The notes under the pieces: generated by a model
What the model was told of the DNA's origin: nothing
Seen by the model: only the letters and a program-made list of their open reading frames with translations
Databases searched by the model: none
In this document: in pieces, positions 1 through 9,171 of the stretch
Layout of the letters: every line of letters begins with the position of its first letter
Position numbering within the stretch: position 1 is the first letter of the stretch
Translations under genes and position numbers: made by a program
Assembly: GCA_035292445.1 (NCBI GenBank)
Contig: DATDQB010000023.1
Coordinates: 89,533-153,532 of the forward strand
Source of the DNA: Candidatus Omnitrophota bacterium
GTDB taxonomy: Bacteria; Omnitrophota; Gorgyraeia; Zapsychrales; Zapsychraceae
Length of the DNA stretch: 64,000 bases
Direction: 5' to 3'

Positions 1-1902
1 GTTTTGAGTGAGAGCTGATCCATAACCAGCACAATTCGCAGAATTGGGAACACTGCCGCTGCAAGTGCAAGCCGTTACAGAACAGGATTGATTTGTATAT
101 GATCCTGACAGCGAGCCGTTGTTGCATGTGCGGGTCTCACTGACGCAAGAGCTGCCGCAAGAGACAGAAGAGGATTGATAGGCGGTGACGTTATTCCCGT
201 GAAGAACCGTTGCCCCCCACGGCGCCGTACAATTTTGCCCGCAAGAATTGGAATTAGGATTCCATGAGCCGTTGGTACAGGTATAACTGCACGCTCCGCT
301 ATAGCCGCCGATACAAGAACCGGCGGATTGCCCATGATTACTGGCCGTGAGGTTGCAGGTACCTATCGTTTGGGCCGTGCAAGGATCCCAGGGATTGCAG
401 GTGTTGGAAACTCTTGAAAGGCCGCCACTATTGCATTGGTATTGGCAAGAACCGTCTTCAGCGCAGCTTCCGCCCGATTGACCGCTATTAAGAGCCGGGA
501 CCGTGCATGCCGAAGCGCCTGAACCATAAGTTTTAGCAGGACAATTTGGCGCTACGCAAATTCCGCCTGTGTCTGGATCAAACGGCGGCCCTATGGGATT
601 GCTTGGGTCCTGGCAACAAGGATTGCCTCCGGGGGTTACAATATCTGAATCATTGCTGCAATGCCAGTCGCAGCAGCTGCCTCCGCCAACTTCTTCTGAA
701 ACGCATTCAAAGCAACCAACAAGAGAAGTGCAATCAACGATACCTGAACAGCCCCCTTGGCCGCATTGACCGGGTGTTCCACCACCACCGCAGGTATCAG
801 GGGAGGTACAGCTGCCGCAGTTAAGGGACCCTCCGCAAAGATCGCTTATGGTTCCGCAAGTAGCTCCTTGGGCGGCACAGGTTGTTGGCGTACACCCGCA
901 GACATTGGGCGTACCTCCGCCGCCACATGTTTCGGGTGAGGTACAACTCCCGCAGTTTAATGTCCCCCCGCAACCGTTGTTAATACCAGAGCCGCAATTA
1001 AATCCTAAGCTGTTGCAGGTAGCCGGCGTGCAGCAGCTGTTATTAAAACAGACTTGAGCGCCGCAGGAGCAATCAGCAGGGGAGTTCCCGCAGTTCTCAG
1101 CGCAGTTACATTGACCGTCATTAGGGTTGGTCCCGCAATCTTGACAACAGTTTGTGGATGTTTCCGGTTTATCCGCACAACAAATAACAAGGTCTCCACA
1201 GGCATCCGCGCAATCTTTGCATCCGAGCTGATTATTTATCGCTTCACCAGCATCTGCACAGCAAACGCTGTCATTATTATTGCCGCAATCTTCACAGCAT
1301 CCGGTTGTTGCAGTGTATGGGGTTTCACCAACGCTACAGATAGCATCTCCGCAGGGAGGCGTCACGGGGCAAGTCCCGTTGGCTTTCGTTTCGCCGGCAC
1401 CGGCGGCAGAAGCCGTTGATCGGCAGCATTCAGAGTTGCTGGGGGAAGACGTATCGGAAGGGCCAGCGCAATACCAATCACAGCAATTCGCAGGGCCCAA
1501 ATCGTCTAGCATGCCTTCTAGGATACAAGTGCCACAATTGCCGTCATGAGAGGCGCATAGGGACGTGTCACAGCAAGGGCCCACCGTGATTCCGGCCAAA
1601 TTTGATTGCCCACTGACAACGGCTTGGAGGAAACTTTCAAATTCCGTTAGTGTTTTTGTGGGGACAAAAATATCAAAACCGGAAGTATTGCTAATACACC
1701 AATAATTGGACACCCGTGTACCATCGGTAGCCGAGGTCGCGCCAAAAGATGACGTATATTGATCACAAGATGAAGAGTTTTGGCATTGAAACCCTCCGCC
1801 AGTGACGGGAATATTGCCGGGTAATTGGGCAAAGGCAAGCGAGGCCCAGCCCGCCATTAGTAGAAATATGAAAGCTGATTTTTTAAACCTTTGGTCGACC
1901 AT
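1..1902 (-). CDS. Secreted cysteine-rich repeat protein, paralog of 2014..6516 (3' end runs off the window)
   Basis: ATG at 1902 gives MVDQRFKKSAFIFLLMAGWASLAFAQLPGNIPVTGGGFQC..., nearly matching the 1500-aa ORF N-terminus. The frame still matches the paralog (SALTQN) at base 1. It is absent from the ORF track, consistent with no stop inside the window. Confidence 0.9.
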   Translation of the reverse strand, partial: MVDQRFKKSAFIFLLMAGWASLAFAQLPGNIPVTGGGFQCQNSSSCDQYTSSFGATSATDGTRVSNYWCISNTSGFDIFVPTKTLTEFESFLQAVVSGQSNLAGITVGPCCDTSLCASHDGNCGTCILEGMLDDLGPANCCDWYCAGPSDTSSPSNSECCRSTASAAGAGETKANGTCPVTPPCGDAICSVGETPYTATTGCCEDCGNNNDSVCCADAGEAINNQLGCKDCADACGDLVICCADKPETSTNCCQDCGTNPNDGQCNCAENCGNSPADCSCGAQVCFNNSCCTPATCNSLGFNCGSGINNGCGGTLNCGSCTSPETCGGGGTPNVCGCTPTTCAAQGATCGTISDLCGGSLNCGSCTSPDTCGGGGTPGQCGQGGCSGIVDCTSLVGCFECVSEEVGGGSCCDWHCSNDSDIVTPGGNPCCQDPSNPIGPPFDPDTGGICVAPNCPAKTYGSGASACTVPALNSGQSGGSCAEDGSCQYQCNSGGLSRVSNTCNPWDPCTAQTIGTCNLTASNHGQSAGSCIGGYSGACSYTCTNGSWNPNSNSCGQNCTAPWGATVLHGNNVTAYQSSSVSCGSSCVSETRTCNNGSLSGSYTNQSCSVTACTCSGSVPNSANCAGYGSALTQN

Positions 1903-1942
1903 GATTAAAATTGGCGCGCCTTAAGCTCCTCGATTTCTTTTT
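1903..1942 (-). pseudogene. Duplicated 3' remnant of the S74 fibre gene (KEIEELKARQF-stop), including the GAGGAG RBS-like motif
   Basis: 39 of 40 nt identical to 6517..6556. Confidence 0.85.
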
Positions 1943-2013
1943 GACGGGGAGATCTGACCCCAGTTATTCTTTCAAAAATTAGGAAGATGTGAGAAGCGAC
2001 ACCATTTTTTTTC

Positions 2014-5000
2014 TTATCCTAATGAACACGATTCAAAGGGGTATCCAGGGCAATCTGTATCAGTGCAACATGGGCCGCCTCCTTGATCACACGAAAGCAA
2101 AGGCGGACACCAAACCCAGTTGCTACAATTATCTTGTACCGAGCCACAACCAGTCGGGCTCCATCCGTCGCAAGGATCAATAGGGACGCAAGACTGTGAG
2201 CAATTATCGGACTGGCTGGTCCAGTTGCCTCCGCTGTCACAAAAAGCACTCACCGTACCGCTGCAGCCACCCGGGCAGGCGTTCGGTCCCCAATTTGTGT
2301 TGGCTGTCCAACCACCAGGAAGCGTTACGCTGCCGCAGCCATTGCCGGTGGTATAACCTTGCGAAGAGCAGGTTGGCGGGCCCCCGCTGCAAGTCGAGCT
2401 TGTCGGTCCGGACCATACAGAATTTTCACAATCATAGCTAGCCGATCCCGTATCTGGTCCAGTTGAATCAGTGACAGTGGTAGAATTACCGCTGGCCGCT
2501 CCTGTCGTACTACCTGAACAATTAAAACCGCCGGCGCTCCAATTCATTGGTTGAACACCGCAAGCCAGCTTGTATGCCGTACAGATACCAGAGTTAGTAC
2601 AAGGAGGGCCTGAGGCCAGACATTGCCAACGCCACTCGAATGTCGCATCGATCGGGCTAGTGTCTATGGTTCCGGAGGAACAGCCAACGGCTTGTGAAGG
2701 TTGCGAGCCATATGTTCCCGGCGTACTGCCACAAACACCGTTAGTGCAAGGAGCATTACATGTAGCATTAGGCGTGCTGTCACAACAGGATATGGTACCG
2801 TTGGCGGCCGAACCCCCAAAACACAAAGCATCTTCGTCCCCTGAAGTATTACAAGTACCGCTGGTGCCAATCGGGGTCCACGAACCGGAAGAGCATTGGT
2901 ATTCCTGCGTTCCTGAGGTCGTATCGCAAATACTTGATGGACCAGGACTTTTACAGCAGAATGAAGCCCCCTGAGCATGCGTACCTGAAGTACATTGGGC
3001 ATCGGGAAGGGTGTTTGTCCCGTTGCAGCCCGTTCCCCCGCTTGTCCATCCGCTGAATGAGCAAGTATAAGCATTAAGCTGATCGCAGATATAGTTTTGC
3101 CCCGATGTCCAAATGGCCCAACCTCCCGCTGCTCTGGGTTCGCCGCAATAGGCATCGAAAGAGCCGGTAAAATTATCCTGTTCGTTGACAATATAATGAA
3201 ATTCTCCACAACGGCCATCCGCAGGTGTTATACCTTGACAGAAAGTTTGCCAGCCCTTCAATTGTCCACCAGGGCAGCCATCACAACAGTTTTTATAGGT
3301 ATAACTGCCGGAGAGCGTACCTGCCGTACAGGTGCGTGTTTGCGATCTAGAAGAGCATGATGTGTCCCATGTCGGTGTAGGTAGAGGCGTGGGTTCTGAA
3401 TAGGCCGTTACACTTTGAGTGTTCAGTACGGTATCAGGGCCGGCATCCGACCAGGTAATTGGACAGTCTTGGATGCTGGCTTGACAAACGTTGCCTGAAC
3501 AATTATTGCTGCAGCATTGGCTATTAGCTGTACAACCGGCACCGTCACTGCAACAGGAGGTGTTACAAGCTTGTGAGCTTGATCCAGAACAGTTGGCGCC
3601 GCCGCACGAAGGAGCAGGATTATCGCAAGTACGTGTTTGGGTACCACCGCCGCAAGATACGGAACAAGCGCTCCAACCGGACCATCCGCCATTAACAGGG
3701 GAACAGCTGAAGTTACAAGTGCCCCCTGGACAATCAGCGGCGCCTGTACAACATTTGTACAAATTCGAGCATACTCCTTGACCGACCGGACAACAGCCCC
3801 AATACCAGTCGGTAGTACAAGTGTTGCCGCAGGCACCCACAGGAGTTGCTCCGGTGCAACCCGGCGCGCTAGGACCTACACACTTCAGACCGCTGGCACA
3901 AGTCTTGTTGGTACATTGGTTGGCAGCATTACACCAGTTAGCTCCACAGGTAATTGAACAGGACGCATTTGTATATGAACCGGATAAGCTCCCATCATCA
4001 CAAGTACGTGTTTCACTGATACAGGTACACTGCTCTGTACCATTCAAATAAGCGGTAACTGAACTGCCAGAACTGATGCTTCCTCCCCAAGGTAAATTAC
4101 AAGGATTCTTGGTTTTCGAGCACATGCCGCTGGGTGAACAGCCAAGCCCTTGAGGAGAATCGTCACAATGCCATCGCCATTCCGCAGAAGTATCACCATA
4201 AGTTGCCTGGCTAGGAGTCCCTTGGGTACAGCCATCCACAACACTGTTATCGCATTGACCGTTGTCACATATCCCACAACTTTCCTCTGCGCCCGGACAG
4301 CTTGGAGAGCCTGTGCATTGAGTATTAGTGCAATATGTATTGCCGTCATCGCTACAAGTGGTGCAGTCTGTGCCTGCGCCACCATCACAGCATATAAGAT
4401 TAGCCGCTATGGGTGTTCCGTTGTATCCCACGCAACTGTTACAAACACATGAACCTCCGGAGGCCGTGTAACCGTTAATACATGTAACAGCGCAATGATC
4501 GCCCCCTCCAGGACAAGAGGAAACAGCTGTTGCCGTTCTGTTTTGAGTGAGAGCTGATCCATAACCAGCACAATTCGCAGAATTGGGAACACTGCCGCTG
4601 CAAGTGCAAGTCGTTACTGAACATGACTGGTTCGTATAAGAACCGGATAAAACGTCGTTATTACATGAGCGGGTCTCACTGGCGCAGGAGCTGCCGCAAG
4701 ACACGGAAGAGGATTGATAGGCGGTGACGTTATTCCCGTGAAGAACGGTCGCCCCCCACGGCGCCGTACAATTTGCCGAACAATTATTTGTTTTATTGAC
4801 CCAAAGACCGACGTTGTTACAATCCGCGCTGACCGTTCCGGTACAATTTCCCGGGCAGGCTGTTGAATAGGGAGTGCTTAGCGCTTGACCGCCCGGCAAG
4901 GTGACATTACCACAGCCGTTGCTGGTCGTGTAGGCTTCGTCAAGACAGGCTGACCCTACGCACGTAAAGTTGACTGTGGCCCCGTTCACCGAATAGTTAA

Positions 5001-6516
5001 AAGTTTGACCGTTACTTAACCCGGGATGGGCGGTCGTAAGGACGTTCCCTGCACAGAACGGCCCGAAAGTATTGTTATCGTCGTCTGTATATAAACTAAC
5101 GCTGGCAGGATCTCCGCTGCCGGAAGTCAGTCCTCCCGGGTTGGCGCATACTCCAGCCGGCGCGCGATCCGAACGCGACCAGCTGGTGGCGTTGTTAGCG
5201 CCGGAGCCCGAGACATTCCAAAGCGCGGCAAAGGTGCCGCTTCCTCCAACAATGGCCCGGGTATTGCACGTTACGCTGCTCTCATTGCCCCAGCAATCCA
5301 TACGCAAACATCCTGAACCTGATCCAGGACTGGAAGGGTTACAATTAGCATCGCAAGCGCCTGTACAACCAAAGCCAGACCCGTTACAGGCGGCACCGGC
5401 CGAGCCCTTGCAATTGGGGGTATAATCCCCGCACGTATCAAATGTATTATGACAACAGCCCGAGCAGCATTCATCATTTTGGCTACACGGGTCACTATCG
5501 GCAAAACATGAAGGAGTACCACAAACGTTTGCAACGCCGCCACCGCCGCATGATTCGGGAAATGTACAACTCCCGCAATTTAATGTCCCCCCACAACCGT
5601 TGTTAATACCAGAGCCGCAATTAAATCCTAAGCTGTTGCAGGTAGCCGGTGTGCAGCAGCTGTTATTAAAACAGACTTGAGGGTTGGTACAGGCGCAGTC
5701 GGCAGGCGAGTTGCCGCAATTTTCGCTGCAGTTACACGCGCCATCATTGGTTTGCGACCCGCAATCCTGGCAGCACGTATCAGATCGTTCATTCAGATCC
5801 GCACAACAAATGACGGTGTCTCCGCAGGTATCCGCGCAATCAGAGCAGTATCTCTGATCATTTACTACCTCTCCATCGGCGGGGCAGCAAAAGCCGTCAC
5901 TGTCTGTGCCGCAGTCCTGACAGCAAGCGGGGTTAAAGACTTCACCAACGCTACAGATAGTATCGCCGCAGGGAGGCGTCACGGGGCAAGTACCGTTGGC
6001 CTTAGTTTCAAGGGGGCCGGCGGCAGAAGCGGTGGACCGGCAACACTCAGTACCGTTATTTTGGGCAGACGTATCGGAAGGGCCAGCGCAATACCAATCA
6101 CAGCAATTCCCTCGCCCTAACATGCCTTCATCGACACAGGTGCCACAATTGCCGTCATGCGGGGCGCATAAAGTAGTGTCACAGCAAGGGCCCACCGTGA
6201 TTCCGGCCAAATTTGATTGCCCGCTGACAGCGGCTTGGAGGAAACTTTCAAATTCCGCTTGTGTTTTGGTGGGGACAAAAATGTCAAAACCGGAAGTATT
6301 GATAATACACCAATAATTGGATACTCTTGTCCCATCGGTAGCCGAGCTCGAGCCAAAAGATGATGTATTGAGGTCACAATAAGGCGTATTACTTGGGCAT
6401 TGAAACCCTCCACCAGTGATGGGAATATTGCCGGGTGTTTGAGCAAAGGCAAGCGAGGCCCAGCCTGCTATCAGCAGAAATGTGAGAATTGATTTTTTAA
6501 ACCTTTGGTCAACCAT
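2014..6516 (-). CDS. 1500-aa secreted Cys/Gly/Ser/Thr-rich modular surface protein with one thrombospondin type 1 repeat
   Basis: Signal peptide ending AFA-Q; TSP1 motif NGGWSGWSACSVSCGGGTQTRTC (about 3550..3699); three W...VTAY...RxC...LSGSY modules. Confidence 0.9.
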   Translation of the reverse strand: MVDQRFKKSILTFLLIAGWASLAFAQTPGNIPITGGGFQCPSNTPYCDLNTSSFGSSSATDGTRVSNYWCIINTSGFDIFVPTKTQAEFESFLQAAVSGQSNLAGITVGPCCDTTLCAPHDGNCGTCVDEGMLGRGNCCDWYCAGPSDTSAQNNGTECCRSTASAAGPLETKANGTCPVTPPCGDTICSVGEVFNPACCQDCGTDSDGFCCPADGEVVNDQRYCSDCADTCGDTVICCADLNERSDTCCQDCGSQTNDGACNCSENCGNSPADCACTNPQVCFNNSCCTPATCNSLGFNCGSGINNGCGGTLNCGSCTFPESCGGGGVANVCGTPSCFADSDPCSQNDECCSGCCHNTFDTCGDYTPNCKGSAGAACNGSGFGCTGACDANCNPSSPGSGSGCLRMDCWGNESSVTCNTRAIVGGSGTFAALWNVSGSGANNATSWSRSDRAPAGVCANPGGLTSGSGDPASVSLYTDDDNNTFGPFCAGNVLTTAHPGLSNGQTFNYSVNGATVNFTCVGSACLDEAYTTSNGCGNVTLPGGQALSTPYSTACPGNCTGTVSADCNNVGLWVNKTNNCSANCTAPWGATVLHGNNVTAYQSSSVSCGSSCASETRSCNNDVLSGSYTNQSCSVTTCTCSGSVPNSANCAGYGSALTQNRTATAVSSCPGGGDHCAVTCINGYTASGGSCVCNSCVGYNGTPIAANLICCDGGAGTDCTTCSDDGNTYCTNTQCTGSPSCPGAEESCGICDNGQCDNSVVDGCTQGTPSQATYGDTSAEWRWHCDDSPQGLGCSPSGMCSKTKNPCNLPWGGSISSGSSVTAYLNGTEQCTCISETRTCDDGSLSGSYTNASCSITCGANWCNAANQCTNKTCASGLKCVGPSAPGCTGATPVGACGNTCTTDWYWGCCPVGQGVCSNLYKCCTGAADCPGGTCNFSCSPVNGGWSGWSACSVSCGGGTQTRTCDNPAPSCGGANCSGSSSQACNTSCCSDGAGCTANSQCCSNNCSGNVCQASIQDCPITWSDAGPDTVLNTQSVTAYSEPTPLPTPTWDTSCSSRSQTRTCTAGTLSGSYTYKNCCDGCPGGQLKGWQTFCQGITPADGRCGEFHYIVNEQDNFTGSFDAYCGEPRAAGGWAIWTSGQNYICDQLNAYTCSFSGWTSGGTGCNGTNTLPDAQCTSGTHAQGASFCCKSPGPSSICDTTSGTQEYQCSSGSWTPIGTSGTCNTSGDEDALCFGGSAANGTISCCDSTPNATCNAPCTNGVCGSTPGTYGSQPSQAVGCSSGTIDTSPIDATFEWRWQCLASGPPCTNSGICTAYKLACGVQPMNWSAGGFNCSGSTTGAASGNSTTVTDSTGPDTGSASYDCENSVWSGPTSSTCSGGPPTCSSQGYTTGNGCGSVTLPGGWTANTNWGPNACPGGCSGTVSAFCDSGGNWTSQSDNCSQSCVPIDPCDGWSPTGCGSVQDNCSNWVWCPPLLSCDQGGGPCCTDTDCPGYPFESCSLG

Positions 6517-6518
6517 GA

Positions 6519-7784
6519 TTAAAATTGACGCGCCTTAAGCTCCTCGATTTCTTTTTTTAACGCTTCGATTTGCGCCTGTTGTTCTTTAACGGCTTGGATG
6601 AGCGGCGCAACGAGATTTCCGATCTTCACTGTTTTCATTTTTGTTTGTGGATTTGTAGCCACCAATTCCGGTAAAACAGTTTCAACATTTTGGGCGGTCA
6701 CACCCACATCGGCAACGCCGTTTTCTTTCCAGTTAAACTTAACGCCCTCCAGCTTCATAATGGTATCTAGGCCGGAGACGGGTTTGATATTTTCTTTAAG
6801 ATTTTCATCTGAGACATAAAAAAAAGCATGCGCGGTTACATTGCCAGAGCCAGTACCAACAGTATTATTTGTGGTCACATATAAATCTCCTCTGATCCAA
6901 GTTATTCCATTAGCATTGGTTCCAGGGAGAATAGTTGCGCTATCACCCACAAGAAGTCGGGGGGAGGCAACGGCTGTGTTAGGTATAGCGCCTGGAGTCC
7001 CGCCAATGCCGACGTTGCCGGCGTTATTTATTGCGACTCGTTCCAGATTGTTTGTGCCAAATCTCAGAAGGCCATTCTCGTAGTTCCATATTTGACCATC
7101 AGCTGCGGTGTACTGTTCAAAAATCAGCCCATCGGTGGCAGTGATACCTGTGCCACTATTCGTGGAGCGCACAGTTCCCCCACTCGTCGCCGCAGCATTA
7201 TGAATATGCAATTTACTATTTGCTGTCGTCGTCCCGATGCCGACGTTGCCGGCGTTATTTATTCTGACTCGTTCCGCATTATTTGTGCCAAATCTCAGAT
7301 AGCCATTCTCGTAGTTCCATATTTGACCATCAGCTGCAGTGTTTTGTTCAAAAATCAGCCCATCGGTGGCAGTGATACCTGTGCCACTATTCGTGGAGCG
7401 CACAGTTCCCCCACTCGTCGCCGCAGCATTATGAATATGCAATTTACTATTTGCTGTCGTCGTCCCGATGCCGACGTTATTGGTTGCTGTCGACAAATGG
7501 ACGTAGCCGGGGCCGCCAACGGTATAGGACCATAAATCATAAACAGGGCTGACGACGCCTGCGGCGGTGCACATCATTAATTGATTGCTGTTATTGATCC
7601 ATAAAAGTCCTGTATTGCCGGAGGCGCCGGAAACGCAAGTAGGAACTGACGCTGTGGGGACAAGGCGGAGCTGGTTATACACACCGAAAGGAGCGGGGTA
7701 ATAGGTGGATAATGAAAGCGTTTCGGCATGGGCGATCAAGGAGAGGTTTACAATAAAGATGGTAAGAAAGAATACTTTCTTCAT
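6519..7784 (-). CDS. Secreted fibre-like protein with C-terminal peptidase S74 (intramolecular chaperone) domain
   Basis: Signal peptide, LSTYYPAPFGVY motif, GNVGIGT repeats, SDENLKENIK...FNWK S74 signature, terminal coiled coil. Confidence 0.88.
   Translation of the reverse strand: MKKVFFLTIFIVNLSLIAHAETLSLSTYYPAPFGVYNQLRLVPTASVPTCVSGASGNTGLLWINNSNQLMMCTAAGVVSPVYDLWSYTVGGPGYVHLSTATNNVGIGTTTANSKLHIHNAAATSGGTVRSTNSGTGITATDGLIFEQNTAADGQIWNYENGYLRFGTNNAERVRINNAGNVGIGTTTANSKLHIHNAAATSGGTVRSTNSGTGITATDGLIFEQYTAADGQIWNYENGLLRFGTNNLERVAINNAGNVGIGGTPGAIPNTAVASPRLLVGDSATILPGTNANGITWIRGDLYVTTNNTVGTGSGNVTAHAFFYVSDENLKENIKPVSGLDTIMKLEGVKFNWKENGVADVGVTAQNVETVLPELVATNPQTKMKTVKIGNLVAPLIQAVKEQQAQIEALKKEIEELKARQF
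7006..7478. repeat. Intragenic 231-bp (77-aa) tandem duplication, about 2 copies
   Basis: ATGCCGACGTT recurs at 7006, 7237 and 7468; the copies differ at four residues. Confidence 0.95.
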
Positions 7785-7885
7785 TTTTTATACCTCGCAG
7801 ATAAAATATTTTTATTAAACTTAGTATCTATCTATCCTATAGTAAAGTCAAGAAGATACCTGATTTTTTGGGGTATTTATCAAAT

Positions 7886-7917
7886 AAAAAAACCTATTCT
7901 TTTGAAAGAATAGGTTT
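7886..7917 (-). terminator. Intrinsic terminator, likely the riboswitch expression platform
   Basis: AAACCTATTCTTT/AAAGAATAGGTTT stem followed by a U-run on the minus strand, 13 nt after the aptamer. Confidence 0.75.
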
Positions 7918-7930
7918 AGGAGATTCTCGA

Positions 7931-8104
7931 TGTCTGCAACTGGCTATCCTGACCGTCAATAGCGATCGAGGACCCTATAGCTTTGTTCCTGCTTCGCCAA
8001 AGCGCTTTCGCCTTTGGCTTCGCAGGACTCTGCGAAGCTCAAACATGAAAATTTTTGAGCGTAGCAGAGGCCCTATCCTTTCAGATAGTTTACCTTTGAA
8101 GACA
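7931..8104 (-). ncRNA. Cyclic di-GMP-I (GEMM) riboswitch with an 83-nt insertion
   Basis: Minus strand: UGUCU..AAAGGUAAACUAUCUGAAAGGAUAGGGC [insert 7987..8069] ACAAAGCUAUAGGGUCC...GGAUAGCCAGUUGCAGACA. Shows a GAAA-capped P2, the CAAAG junction, P3 and a UGUCU/AGACA P1. Confidence 0.8.
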
Positions 8105-8215
8105 ACTTGTCAATATGTATCAATGGACAACCCAATGCTTATATAAAGTATTTAATATATATATGGAAAAGTCAACCTGTACTTGTCGAAGGACCGGGGC
8201 AGCTAAAAGGGGGCT

Positions 8216-9163
8216 TTAAGACGATACCGGGCCCCGTTTATCCCGGACAAAGTTGCTTTTATCCTGGGTCTTGGCAAAGCGCTTGAGCTCGGCCCCGATC
8301 TCGGAAATCTGGGCCACATGGGTGATCTTTTGGGCGGTATTACTGACGACCCCGATGGATACGGACAATAAGCCGAATTTTTGCGTTTGGCCCTGGCGGT
8401 CTTTGGCCACGATATAGCCCCGTTCGAGGTCTTCTTTGGAATAAAACGACGGCACCTTTTTATCAAAATCCTTAATTACGGCTTTGCAGACATTGTCCAT
8501 AACGGCATCTTCAGTAATGAACACATAATCATCGCCGCCGATATGGCCGATAAAAGCGTCTTGCCCGCCGATATTGCGGACGTTCTTGATGAGGATACGG
8601 GCCAATTCTTTAATGACCTCATCGCCTTTTTCAAATCCATACTTATCGTTGTAGGCCTTGAATTTGTCGATATCCGCGTAGCCGACGGCGAAAGGCTTGC
8701 CCGATTCGATCTGATGGCTCATCTCTTCCATGATGGAGGTGTTGCCTGGAAGATGCGTCAGGGGGCTTGCATCCAGGCTGCGGCTGGTGCGCCGCAGGAT
8801 CATTTTGATGCGCGCCAGAAGCTCATCCGGCGCGAAGGGCTTGACCATGTAATCATCGACGCCGGCTTCAATGCCGTCGATCCTGTCTTTGACCTCGCCT
8901 TTTCCGGTCAGCATGATGACGGGGATGTGGGAAAGGAGGATGTCTTTCTTCAAAAGCCTGCAAAATTCGCGGCCGTTCATGACCGGCATCATGTAATCGC
9001 AAAGGATAAGATCCGGCAGTTTTTGCTGGACGAGCTTTAAGCCTTCTTCGCCGTTTCTCGCCTGAAAGACCTCATAATTCTCGGACAACGTCAGGTCCAG
9101 GACATCCAGGATGTCCGGGTCGTCGTCGACCGTAACAATTTTTTCTTTTCTCGAAGTAGGCAT
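8216..9163 (-). CDS. Response regulator with GGDEF (diguanylate cyclase-like) output domain
   Basis: REC motifs VDDD, CDYMMP, KPF; DIDKFKAYNDKYGFEKGD and HIGGDDY. Confidence 0.92.
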   Translation of the reverse strand: MPTSRKEKIVTVDDDPDILDVLDLTLSENYEVFQARNGEEGLKLVQQKLPDLILCDYMMPVMNGREFCRLLKKDILLSHIPVIMLTGKGEVKDRIDGIEAGVDDYMVKPFAPDELLARIKMILRRTSRSLDASPLTHLPGNTSIMEEMSHQIESGKPFAVGYADIDKFKAYNDKYGFEKGDEVIKELARILIKNVRNIGGQDAFIGHIGGDDYVFITEDAVMDNVCKAVIKDFDKKVPSFYSKEDLERGYIVAKDRQGQTQKFGLLSVSIGVVSNTAQKITHVAQISEIGAELKRFAKTQDKSNFVRDKRGPVSS

Positions 9164-9171
9164 TTTAATAT

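Noticed and set aside
75-6452. Many overlapping plus-strand and alternate-frame ORFs in the track
   Set aside because: Shadow frames of the Cys/Gly-rich genes with no independent motifs
1-7478. Diversity-generating retroelement (TR/VR) explanation for the near-identical repeats
   Set aside because: Differences involve all four bases and indels rather than adenines only, both copies are coding, and no reverse transcriptase is in the window
6519-7784. Prophage tail fibre region
   Set aside because: The protein has a signal peptide and there are no capsid, terminase, tail or lysis genes nearby
7868-8146. 92-aa plus-strand ORF
   Set aside because: Antisense to the riboswitch and terminator; TTG start and no recognisable motifs
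7931-9163. c-AMP-GMP (Hypr GGDEF / GEMM-Ib) signalling
   Set aside because: The enzyme keeps Asp at the PleD D344-equivalent position (KGDEV) and the aptamer keeps G at position 20 in my manual alignment; both point to c-di-GMP
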